The notes under the pieces are model-generated. The model was not told the origin of the DNA. It saw only the letters and a program-made list of their open reading frames with translations, and did no database searches. From assembly GCA_016748015.1 (NCBI GenBank), contig JAAOMT010000303.1, positions 310,001 to 374,000 on the forward strand: DNA of 64,000 nt, given 5' to 3'. Positions 1-11,534 of this stretch are shown piece by piece. Within the stretch, counting starts at the first letter, position 1. Every line of letters begins with the position of its first letter. The translations under genes were made by a program, and so were the position numbers. This stretch comes from Geosiphon pyriformis uo1 (lineage: Eukaryota; Fungi; Glomeromycota).

Positions 1-434
1 TTAGTAAGTTTAAATGTTCAAAAAATAAGCAATTATTTAAATTTTTTAAGTTGGAGTTGTTGATGGCCAAAATCATAAAGGATTTGGGTTCAAATCAAGA
101 TTTAAAAACAAATTACTTTATTAATACCTGGATTAACATTGATGAAAAAAAACCTTCAGATTGTGCATTATAATTAATAATAGTGAAAGTTTAAAGAAAA
201 TTATATATTATCTGTTGAAAATTAAAAAAAAATACTGTAAATTTAAATATTATGAATTCAAAATTGTCTGGAATGATTTCATCAAAAAAATTATTAATAG
301 GCATATAAAATTTTTTTGTTCTGATAAAAAAAGAATAATCAAGAGTGTTTTGGGTTAGCCATTTCAAAAAATAGTACTCAATTATCGAGTAATTAATAAT
401 AATTTAATTCTAGAACCATGTAAATTAAGTTTAT
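1..434 (+). mobile_element. Non-LTR (LINE-like) retrotransposon ORF, upstream fragment; continues beyond window start and is interrupted by element A
   Basis: Degenerate frame ...FKLELLMAKII...KKRIIKSVLG*PFQKIVLNY...LILEP joins across the TTAT TSD (431-434 / 49322-49325) to the LINE RT region at 49326 onward. Confidence 0.7.
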
Positions 435-1183
435 TGTTATGGTTAAAACTTATACTTTTTATTAGTTATTATATGTATTAGCCACTGATGTCACATAATT
501 AGCCACCCTATTTTTAGATAATAATCATTGACTTGATTAATGACCTGACCATTAATTTAATTATTGACTTAATTATTGACCTAATCAATAATCTAATCAT
601 TAATTTGATTATTAACCTAACTATTGACCTAGTCATTGACTACTTTTAATAACTATATAAATGATGAGTTTTTTAGTTATAAAAAAACATAATCAAAGTA
701 ACAAAATAAAACCCACTATCAATTACTTTCTCTTATATTGCTTATTTACTTTTTTCTATCTTTAAGTATCTAAACATCTTGAAATAAAAGATTACTTGTT
801 GGCATTTAAATACTTTATTTTTTCCCCTTCTTAATTTGTATTTGTTAGAATTAGCCTGAAAAGTAATTGCTTGCTCTTGTGATTTATTGAATAAAAAAAT
901 AATTGAAAAGCACAATAATATCTGTTATTAATTCTAAGAATTGCCAAATAAGACATAAAATAATAGCAATAATATTATTTTGTTAATAATCACGAACTAT
1001 TCTTTTATCTTCAGATTTCCAAAAAAGATTCACAACTGTAATTTTTATAAGACTGATCACATACATTGAATTTTTACTTATTTAATTTACTCTCTTATTG
1101 TAATTTTCTCTTTGATTATTTCCATTATCTTACAATATTGTTTTCTCTTGCTATTTGTTAGCTTGTTATTCTAATCTGTAACA
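435..1183 (+). repeat. 5' LTR of element A
   Basis: TGTTATGG...TGTAACA termini; colinear with 48571-49321 and with the reverse complements of 53901-54663 and 60977-61691. Confidence 0.92.
523..641 (+). repeat. Degenerate ~12-bp tandem array (ATTGACCTGATC-like) in U3 of family-1 LTR
   Basis: About 9-10 imperfect units, directly visible; also at ~48660-48780, ~54450-54575 and ~61520-61600. Confidence 0.75.
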
Positions 1184-1189
1184 TAAAAG

Positions 1190-1207
1190 TGATGTTTTCT
1201 GTAAGAC
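1190..1207 (+). promoter_or_regulatory. Degenerate primer-binding site of element A
   Basis: TGATGTTTTCTGTAAGA here and TAGTACTCTTTGTAAGA in F resolve to a TGGTGCTC... consensus, like the PBS of B-E. Confidence 0.5.
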
Positions 1208-1235
1208 TATCAAATTCTACTTTGTTTTTTATTGT

Positions 1236-2768
1236 ATGAGTTATTATTCATACTTGCCACAACAATTATAAGAACATTTTAAAACACACAACAAAAATGA
1301 TCTAGACTTTATTGAATTCAATATTTTGTCTTCCTGATTGATTTGCTTCCCTATTGAAAAACAATCCAGTAGACAATTTCAAGACTTTTAGAACTGGTTC
1401 TTAAATAAGCATTCAGCTGAAATTTACACAGTTTATACAATCTATTACTTTGACCAAGCTTATTTTGAAGACAACTTTAAAAAAAGAAACAACAGCATTA
1501 ATCAGCTTTTATATTCCACAATTTTTGAACAACAGCCCTCTGATTTCGAATATCTGAATTACCAAATTCACATTTGGATTGCTGTTCATTAGCTAGTTAA
1601 AACTCTCTTTGAAACAGAAGAAAAAAGCTATCAAACTGCTTCTGTTTTTAATTCCTTTTTAAATAAATCAAAATATTTCATACAAACAGTTACTTCTGAA
1701 TCAATGGCTAATAATCTTATGCAACAAAACATTCTGGCCACCCTCCAAGACATACAAACTGCTTTAGGGCAAAGAAACAATATCCCATTATTTTTATTCA
1801 AAAGTAATACACAAAACCCAATTGAATAGTTAAATGATTTTGAAAAAGCAACCACTGTCAATTAATATGATGCTAAGTATAAGTTTCAAATTGTTGGTGG
1901 CTATCTCCAAAGCTCTCCTGCTATCTGGTTCTTACAAGAAACTAATGCTGGTGCTCACTAAAAAATCATTAGATAGATATCAACAAATGCTAAAGAAGAA
2001 AACATCTCTTTTATAACCTGGTTTAAAACTAAATTTAAAACTCCCATCTTAATTTCAAAATAGCATATAGAATTAGAAAAAAGAATCCAAAATCCTGGTA
2101 AAGTTGTGACTGAATATGCCAAAGCAATCAAAAAATTAATTAAATGAGTAAACTTTGAAAAAAATTAGACAAAAGAACAAAAAATTCATTTCTTTACAAA
2201 AAAATTGAGAACTGATCTTTCCTATGCTTTTTGGCCTCTTTTGGCTCTAAAAAATAATTCCACAATAGATATGGCTATTAAGCTTGTTCAAAGAATAGAA
2301 AACAATCAAAAAATGCACCTAGAATTCACACTTTTAGTTTTTGTTTCTGCTCTCCAAATGGCTGCTATCTTCTTTGCTATCCAAACTCAAGACCCAAATG
2401 AACAGTTGATAGATAGACTTAATGCCAATCTTGCTTGGTTACTGGAACTCTAAATCCAAGCAATCAGAAATAATAGCAATCACAAAGACTTAGATTTGAA
2501 ACTCATTTTAATCAGCCTCAACAACTTTCTTATCAAAGACAACAAAATTGTAATCTACTTGTGTGTTATCACTATAAATTAACTGGACATTTCTCCAGAG
2601 ATTGCAACAATTCTCCCTTCCTCCTCCAGTTCCTAAAAATAATAATAATTAGAACAACAAAATCAACAATAACAGTGTCCTTAATTAAAAACCAATCATG
2701 TTAACATCAATTTCTTTGGAGAGGATCCCTTAATTAAAGCCATTGTTTATTAATTTTTAAACTGGTAG
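1236..2768 (+). pseudogene. gag: gag of element A (capsid-like domain plus CCHC zinc knuckle)
   Basis: ATG at 1236; ...NPIE*LNDFEKA...; degenerate knuckle VCYHYKLTGHFSRDC at ~2560-2605; many C>T/G>A nonsense codons. Confidence 0.75.
2756..2762 (+). promoter_or_regulatory. -1 ribosomal frameshift slippery site T TTA AAC at gag/pol junction of element A
   Basis: In gag phase, two codons before the gag stop; the -1 frame continues into pol; conserved in F (59390-59396, minus). Confidence 0.7.
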
Positions 2769-3471
2769 GTGTATTTTTAAAAGATAAGAGTACAAGCCAA
2801 CTAGAAAAAAACCTCTTTTTTACTTTTAATCTAATTGATAATATTTATAACATAGATGAACTAGCATTCAACACTTTTGAATTAACAAAAAAAAAAAGCC
2901 AAGATTAATTTTATTTTGGATCCAAACAAAGCATTTACATTAACTGTAGATAACAATAAGCCACCAAAGACTAAAGTTTTTAAGAATTCTTTAAAATTAG
3001 AATCTCTAGAAATAGTACAAAAATCTGGTCCTTATTCTGTTGTCGAAAATTTTATGGAAATTTCAGCTCACATTATCTTTGACCAATTAATAACTTATTT
3101 ACAATTCAGAAAAAACCTTCACAAATCTTTAATTCCAAAGAAAAAAACACCAAAAACCAACAAATGCCCTCATCAAGCTGGACTTGTTGACAACAGCAAT
3201 GTTACTTTTCTTATTTGCAAAGTCCAAGTGGCTGGTTATTTTATTAACTTAATTTTAGACAGTAGATCATCTGTAAGTGTTATTGCCAAACACTTCTTAG
3301 AAGTTATTGATAAAAAAATTGATAAACTCTCAATCAAACCAATAACCAATATGCACAGTGACAAAAAAAAAGGCTTGGTATAGCCAAAGCTGTTTCTGTT
3401 TGCATTAATAACATCAGCATTAAAACTGACATGAAAGTATTTGAAGCAAAAGAGTACACTATTATTGTTGG

Positions 3472-4284
3472 TATTACAGATAATTATTTGGAGTCTTAAA
3501 TCAAATAACAAATCTGTAACTTAGTGCTAATAGCTAATACAATATTTATGATCTAAATATTTTGATTGTCTGAAGGTTTTGGTGAAGTTCTTTGTATAAT
3601 AGACAGAGATTCAATTATTCAATAGCCTCCTAGAATCACAATTCTATTGAATTTTTTTCTTAGGGTGGTGGCTGATAATTCTCCTAGTAAGCTATTCTCA
3701 AATCTATAAGTTCTCTACTCTTATTTCATGAGTCTTTTACCAGTCTCTATAACATCTGTACTCAGTACTTTAAACCTTAATCAATTAGTAAAACAAAACA
3801 AAAAATAACAAATAAAGAAAAAAATTAAAAAATTAAAAAAATAAGCCAAGATGATTAAGTTAGTATTTTGTCAATAGCCATGATCAAGAGCTATTGTTCT
3901 AGTGTGGTTAAGTATCAGATACTATCAACACTTTATGTTGATAGTAGAAAGTGGATTGAGATAACAAATAATTATTTATTGATATTTGTGAATTAGGAGG
4001 TTGCTTAGATTAAATCTAAACTTGGAGGTCTGTTTTTTTTACTTCTATTGCTACCATTATATATACATAATTGAAATTTCTCAATTCTTTACACCAAAAA
4101 TTCTGGAATTTCTGGAATTCTGCAATTCTTTTGAGAGGAATTCTGGAATTCTGGAATTCTGTAATTTCTTATATAAGAATTCTGCAATTCTTCTGAAAAA
4201 AATTCTGAAATTCCACATTTATTATGGCTACTTTTGATTGGCTAATTTATATGCTAATATACTTTTTATATTTTATAAGTAATA
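3472..4284 (-). mobile_element. Solo LTR of the B/C/D-type family inserted in the protease region of element A
   Basis: Single LTR flanked by TSD TTGG (3468-3471 / 4285-4288); removing it restores IIVG-NKWLKKA, as in copy F. Confidence 0.9.
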
Positions 4285-6310
4285 TTGGCAATAAGTGACT
4301 TAAGAAAGCCAAAATACTGCTTGACTATAAATTTTGTAAGCTAACTATCAAATGTAATAAGAAGTATATTGTGATTAAGTGCCATCATTAAACAACCTCT
4401 TTAGTATCCAAACAGAATCAAGAAAATGAGCAATTAGATAAATCAAATAATAAAGAAAGTGATAAAGAAGAAAATCAAGAAGAACAAAAAAAAACTGTTA
4501 AACTTGCTTATATTATCTTCACTAGCAATGACAAGCCACTAAACAATATTAAAGCCGACAAAAAAGAAATCATTGTGAATGGCAAGCTGATCTACTAACA
4601 CTACTATGATATTTTCAAAAAAACCTTTGATAAAAAACCTGGCAAAAAAGCAAAATACAGTTATTGATGACATAGTTCTTGTACTTGGTGTTGGTATAAT
4701 AAACTCTTGTATTCTCTTAGTAATAAATACAAATCCTGTTTAATCTATTACAAAGATTGGGAATTCATTAGCCTAATATTAAGAAAAAAACTAAGATAAG
4801 TACAGAAGTCTTTTGAGAATAAACCACTTGAGATCTAATTACTTGCAATAAAACAAAGACAATCTTCCTCTAAAGAAAGAAAAATAGACATTGAAAATCT
4901 GTTGGTTAGAAATAGTCTAGTTATCTTAAAAGAAAGTGATACTCCTAGATGAATCCATGTGATACAACAAATTATTACCATCAGAGAAACTTACTTCATT
5001 TATTTGAAATTTTATTAATCTAATTGACACAATAATGAGTTTATCAAGAAAGAAATAAAACAAATGAATTCATACAAAAAACCAAGAGTAAATAAGCTTT
5101 CCCAGTTGTAATGGTATCCAAGAAAAGTAAAATTCTACACTTCTGTATTGACTATTGCCAATTAAATGTCATTACTATAAGAGACATATACCCACTTCCC
5201 AAAATTAAAGCAATGCTAGACAAATTCAATAGTGCTGTTTTCTTCTTAACTATTGACTTAACTGCTAAATTCTGACAAGTAAAGATAGATCCAAAAAACA
5301 GAAAGAAAACTGTCTTCATTATCAAGTATGGCATCTACAAATTTACAGTTATGTTTTTTGGTTTTATTAATGCCCCTTTCATTTTTCAATGCCTAATAGA
5401 CAAAGTGTTTAAATTAGTAAAAGAAACTTTGTTCTGGTTTACTTGGATAACATAATGGTATACTCAAAAATCTGGGATGAATATCTTGAACACTTACAAA
5501 AAGTTTTTGATCTTTTTAAAAATGCTGGTTTCAAGATAAACCCAATCAAATTTTTTTTAAATGTCAATTTACCCAGTTTTTTGGTCATCTTAATACAAAA
5601 AATAAAATCTTTTCTGATCCAGCTAAAGTTGAAAAAGTCTAAAACATTAGACAATCAATAAATATTCTTAAACTATGCTCTTTTCTTGGTTTGGCTTTTT
5701 ACTATTGCAAATTTATTAAAGATTTCTCTAAAATCGTCTTTTTTTTCAATTAGCTACTTAGAAAAAATGTCAATTATTACTGAGGCACTTATCAACAAAA
5801 AGCTTTTAAAACACTGAAGAAAAAACTTGTTACTTAACCAATTCTCAAACAATCTGACTTGGACTAACCTTTTATTTTGCACACTAATACATCTGGCTAT
5901 AGACTTGACACTGTTCTCTTATAAAAAGATAAAGATAACAGAGAACATGTTATAGCATATGCCAGTAGAACCCTTATACCAGCAGAAAAAAATTATTCAG
6001 TTACTGAACAAAAATACTTAGCAGTAGTTTAGACTATTAATTATTAAGATCAATATTTTTTTGGTGTGAAATTCTTAGTGGTAACAGATCATCAAGTCTT
6101 GATTTGGCTGTACAATAAAAAAAAGCTGAAACACAAATAAATAACTTGCTAGATACTCTATCTGGATAAATTCGACTATAACATTTAACACCACAAAAAA
6201 GCAAATTATCAAAATGCTAAAACTCTCTCCAAATTTACCATTTAGTAATAGTACAACCTTCTTAAATCAAACCAACTTAATTATTAATAATTTTCTTTTT
6301 AACAAATACA

Positions 6311-7627
6311 ATAATAGACTTGAATAACTACTCTGTCTTAATAAAATTTTTGGATAAAGGACAATATTCATCTGATTATACTCAACAACAAAGAGAACAA
6401 TTATACAAACAATCAAATTTTTATTTAATTTGTCAGAACCAGTTATATAAAAGAAACAGAAAAGATTCTGACCACTTCCAAAGAGTTATAAGATTTGAAA
6501 AAAGAGAAATTATGATTTACAATATGCATATTGATTTGTTAGCTAAACACTTTGAAAAAACAAAAACAATTCAGAAAACTTTAATTCACTATTATTGGCT
6601 TATCTTGAAGAAAGACATTGCTGAGTACATTAAAACCTGTAATACCTACCAAAAAAAAAGAAAACCCAATCACAAAAAAGATATCCATTTAATTTTTGTT
6701 GGTCAACTATTTGACAGAATTGATATAGATATTGTTAAATCTTTAATAGTAACTTTTAATAACAACAAATACATTATTACAGCTACTAATTATTTTACAA
6801 AGTGGATAGAAACAAGAGCTACTCCAGACTAAACAGTAGTTTTAATAGCCAATTTTATTTATGAAAATATTATTTGCTGTTATGGCTGTCCCAAAAAATT
6901 TTAATCTAATAAAAGAAGAGCTTTTCTCAGTACACTAGTTGAAAAACTTTGTAAAAAAATGAGAATACATCATAAACTTTTCTTTTTTTACCATCTCCAA
7001 ACAAATAACCTAGTAAAATATTTCAATATAACACTATATAAAACCTTAGCCAAAACCAATAAAAAAACAAACTTATGGGACAAAGTACTGCTTTCAGCTT
7101 TGTTTGCCTATAGAACTGTGAATTATGACATAACAAGTTATGAATCTTTTTATCTATTTTATGGATGCATGGCAATATTACTAATAGAAACTGACATTGA
7201 AACAATACCCTTTAAGGAAATCACAATAGGAAATTATAAAGACATTTTACAAAAAAGACTTGATACTATTCTTGATTTCTTGGTAGAAGCACGAATAATT
7301 GCCTTTGAAAAAATAAAATAGTTCTAAGAAAAACTTAAAAAAAGGAAAACTTATAAAACACTTTCCTTAAGTGTTGGTAACTTAGTTTTAGAATATCACT
7401 CAAACAGAGACAATATTTATGGTAATAAATTTTCTAGCTAATGGAAAGGACTTTTTTTAATCAACAAAGTTTTGAACAATAGTTCTTATATTCTACAAGA
7501 TTAATCTAAAACAATTTTCAATAATTGTTCTGTTCATGATACACAACTCAAGAAATATCACAAATGATCTGATTGGTTGTTTATTGTAGTAATACCAACT
7601 CAAATGATTAGCAAAAATCAGATATAA
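6311..7627 (+). pseudogene. Integrase of element A in a separate ORF (HHCC zinc finger, DDE core, GPY/F-like tail, no chromodomain)
   Basis: ORFs 6320-6832 and 6959-7321: MHIDLLAKHF...KTCNTYQ, FDRIDIDIV, YFTKWIE, YHLQTNNLVK; tail WKGLFLI...SYIL. Confidence 0.85.
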
Positions 7628-7683
7628 ATAAATACACTATTTTCAAAACAGAGGTATCTTCAATTAACATAAACAATTATTTT

Positions 7684-7987
7684 ATGGATCAAAACATTCA
7701 AAATATTTTTTATACTTTTTATAAGTATTGAATCAAAAACTACCCAAATGCTATTCTGACTATTGGAAAACAGATCACTATAATTGATAATAATAGAACA
7801 CATACTATTATTAGACCAAAAAAAACAACCACCAGAAAAAAAAAATTGGTAGCAAAATAAATAAATATCTGTTGGAAAATATAACAACAGCTATACTCTT
7901 ATCATCCAATACAATTAAAAAAACATTTCAAGAAATCTTGTCTATAGACAAAAACTTGTTATATAGAAGACAATTAAAACTTTATAG
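7684..7987 (+). pseudogene. ORF3 of element A, 5' part (unknown accessory protein), interrupted by element B
   Basis: ATG at 7684; frame continues at 48265 and matches ORF 54723-55019 of F. Confidence 0.6.
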
Positions 7988-8576
7988 TGTTACTTGTAGA
8001 ATATAGAAAATATATTAGCATGTAAATTAGCCAATCAAAAGTAGCTGTAGTAAAGGTAGAATTCCAGGATTCCTCTTAGAGGAATTGCAGAATTCCAAGA
8101 ATTTTAGGATTCTTGTATAAGGAATCACAGGATTCCAGAATTCCAGGATTCTTCTTAAGGGAATTGCAGAATTTCAGAAATTTCAGGATTCCTGGTGTGA
8201 AGAATCGAGGAATTGAAGAATCTCAATTATGTATATATAGTGGTAGTATTAAAAGTAAAAAAGACAGACCTCTTAGTTTAGATTTGATCTAAGCAATCTT
8301 ATCATTCACAAATATTAATAAATAATTATTTACTATCTTAATCTATTTTCCACTATTGACACTTTATGTTAATAGTAACTAATACTTAACTACACTAGAA
8401 CAATAGCTCTTGATTACAGCTATTGACAGGATATTAATATTTATTGTCTTGGCTTATTTCTTTATTTTTTTTCATTTTTATTTATTTTCTTTTGTTATTT
8501 CTTTTTGTTTTACTAATTGATTAAGGATTAAAAAACACTGAGTTACAGACATTATAGAGATTGGTAAAAAACCCAT
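7988..8576 (+). repeat. 5' LTR of element B, first part (split by element C)
   Basis: Starts TGTTACTTG; colinear with 47433-48020. Confidence 0.88.
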
Positions 8577-9414
8577 TGTTACAAGTGATTATTTGGGATT
8601 TCAAAGCAAATAACAAACCTGTAACTTGGTGCTCAATTGATATAATGATGTTGATTACTAAAAGTGGTTTGTATTTGAAGGTTTTGGTTGAGTTCTTTGT
8701 ATAATGGACAGAGATTCAATAGTGGTTTTCAGTAGCCTTCTGAAATCGCAATTCTGTCAATTTTTTTCTTGACTTGGTGGCCAGCAATCCTCTGGTAAGT
8801 TATCCATAACTCTTGTATATGCTCTACTCACTTGTAGAGATCTTTTATCAAGGAATCTTTGACATCAATAATTCAGTGCTTAATTTTTTAATCAATTTAG
8901 TAACCAACAAAAGAAATAACAATAAAAAATAAAAGAAAACAAAGAAAAATAAAGAAATAAGCCAAAACAATTTTACAAGTTAGTATCTTGTTAATAGCTG
9001 TAATTAAGAACTATTGTTCCAGTGTAGTTAAATATGAATTACTATTAACATGAAGTCTTGATAGTGAAAAGTGGATTGAGATAGTAAATAATTATTTATT
9101 GATATTTGTGATGTAGAAGGTTGCTTAGATCAAATTTAAACTAAGAGATCTGTCTTTTTTACTTCTAATGCTACTGCTATATATACATAATTGAGATTCC
9201 TTAATTTCTCAATTTTTCACACCAAAAATTCTGTAATTTCTTTTGAGAAGAATCCTGGAATTCTGGAATCCTGCAATTTTTTGTACGAGAATCCTAAAAT
9301 TCTTGAAATCCTGCAATTCTTCTTAAGAGGAATTCTGGAATTCCACATTTACTATGGCCACTTCTGATTGGCTAATTTATATGCTAATATACTCCCTATA
9401 TTCTATAAGTAACA
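8577..9414 (-). repeat. 3' LTR of element C
   Basis: Direct repeat of 17884-18722; PPT immediately upstream on the minus strand (9415-9431). Confidence 0.92.
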
Positions 9415-9428
9415 TTATTCTCTCCTTT

Positions 9429-10067
9429 TTAATATTAAGCTCTGTTAAGATCTCCCAAATCTCCTAACTCTAATTCTCTGTTGTTGAGTATTTCCTGAAC
9501 TTCTTTTTCAAGAATTACTTGGGTTATCTTGTTCTGTAATTCTTCAAATTGGGTGTTGGTTATTTTTCTCATTTGGTTAACTGTAATAAAATCCAATTTC
9601 GGATTAAGTAAGATTTCTGGTCTGTCTTGAAATCTCATATGTAGTCTATAGATGGCTCTTGCTTGTGCAGTCAAATTGTTCTTTCTCACAAATTGTTCTA
9701 GTTGTTGCAGTATTGTTGTGTCAAATAATTGTTTTGTTTTATCTGTGTATAAGTTTTGAATATTCAAGTGTCATCCCAAGTGGAAATAACAAAAGTTTCT
9801 TGAAAATTCGTGTATCTACCATTTCCAAGTTTTTTTGGTTAACTCTTAATATATGGTGATATTTGTTGGTTCTTCCATTGCTAATTTTATTTTCAGAACT
9901 ATTTTGTTGATAGTGTTTTCTGTTTTTCTTTGACTTTTGTATTTGGGTATTTTTCTGGTATCTTGGTATTAAATAGTTTGTTGATTGATAGTAATTTTTA
10001 TATTCTGTTGTTGAATTAGTTGGAAAAGTTGTTGTGCTAGTGAGTGAATATTGTCAGTGATTTTTAT
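9429..10067 (-). pseudogene. ORF3 of element C (unknown accessory protein, ~212 aa)
   Basis: Contains ORF 9435-9767; same length and position as D 42072-42710. Confidence 0.7.
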
Positions 10068-10127
10068 TTTTCTGAAGTCTTTTGTCACATCTATCATGTT
10101 TTTATATACTCTTTTTATTGTTTAATT

Positions 10128-11504
10128 TTATGTGTTTGGTCCAATGATTATGATTGGTTTCAGATCTTGTAGAATCTCATTTGGTTGGACTAGTATTCTC
10201 TGTACTTCTAATTGTGAAATATTACTGATAGATGGTAACACTATATGGTAATATGGTTTTAGTCGATTACCATGTGCTGCTTTGGCTAAGATTTTGTTGT
10301 CTCATTTTAATTTATAAGCTCTATTTCCAAGAATTTTTTCTATGTGAAATGGTCCATCCCATTTGGAGTCAAATTTTCTACTTCATTGTTTTTCTGCTTT
10401 GGTATGATGTAAAAATATTTTGTCTTCAATCTTGAATTCAACTGGTTTATCTAATAATTGGTTATTGTGTCTTTTTTTTTGTTTTTTTTGTAATTTTTGG
10501 ATGTTATCAGCTGTTTTTTGCTGTTTGTTTTCTAGTGTCTCTATTAAGTCATATGTTTTTCTCAACAATGTTCTTTGAAAATTCTCTTCTGTTATTGGTT
10601 TTGTTGGATATGTCTTGACTTCTATCTCAACTGGTAATGTTGTTGTTTTACCATATACCAATTCAAATAGTGTTGCTTATATAGTGTCTTGCTTTATTGT
10701 CCAATAAGCAAATAATACTGATAGTATAATCAAGTCCCATTTGTCCTGGTTTTCTTGACTGATTTTGGCAATGGTTTCACACAGTGTTCTGTTGAATCTT
10801 TCAACTAACCCATTTGTTTGTGGATGGTATGGTAATGATAATGGTCTTTTTATTCCAAATCTTTGACTTAATTCTGCCAATGTTCTATTCATAAAGTGAG
10901 TTCCTTGATTTGATAATAGCTCTTTTGGACATTTATGTTGACAGATCAAATTTTAATGAATGAATTCAGCAATAGATTTTGCATCTGCTTTTTGAATGGC
11001 TTTTGCTTCTGGCCATTTTGTGAGATAATTTATGGCTACTGCAATATATCTGTTGCCTCTGCTGGTAATTGTTAATGATCTAACTAAGTCAATTCCAATG
11101 TGATTGAATGGTTGTCTTACTTTGATTGGTCTTAATAGTTCACTGGATTTTGTTTCTCCTCTTTTCTGACAAGCATCACAATTTTAAACATATTGGATGA
11201 TGTCTGGATATATTGATGGCCAATAGTATCTTTTCCTGGTTCTTTTTATTGTTGCTTCTTTATGAAAATGTCCTGCTGTTGCATCTGAATGTATGTTGAA
11301 CAATATTGTCTCTTTCTCTGGTTCCATGATTACTTTGGTTGGTTGATTTGAATTCTTTCTGTTTCTCTGATAAAGTATATTTTGGTGGTTAATAAAATAT
11401 TTTGATTGTTGTTTTATGTTGTTTTGTTCCTTTTAAGATAATTTCTCCTTGAACAATTGGATATTTATATAATGTTAGAATTATTGGTATTTTTGTATAT
11501 TTAT
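10128..11504 (-). pseudogene. Integrase of element C in a separate ORF
   Basis: YHPQTNGLVERFNRTL (ORF 10677-10949); WDGPF (GPY/F) tail; start codon decayed to ATA. Confidence 0.85.
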
Positions 11505-11534
11505 CTTTTGTTATATTTTTGGATTGACATGTTT

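Larger units (their letters stand above)
2756..6245 (+). pseudogene. pol: pol of element A (aspartic protease, CxxC insert, RT, RNase H), interrupted by a solo LTR
   Basis: LILDS(R/G)SSVSVI protease motif; RT YLDN (from YLDD) at ~5440; RNase [15 protein letters not shown]; ends at TAG TAA TAG (6243-6251). Confidence 0.85.

Noticed and set aside
4001-4237. Short ORFs in LTRs and antisense to pol (e.g. 4001-4237, 13630-13893, 29047-29271, 48928-49131)
   Set aside because: Shadow frames of repeats or LTR low-complexity sequence with no conserved motifs
6245-6317. GTAATA...ATAG intron that would fuse RNase H to integrase in A
   Set aside because: Splicing at these sites creates TA|A, a stop, and the acceptor is not intact in F. 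Other splice choices cannot be excluded without RNA data.
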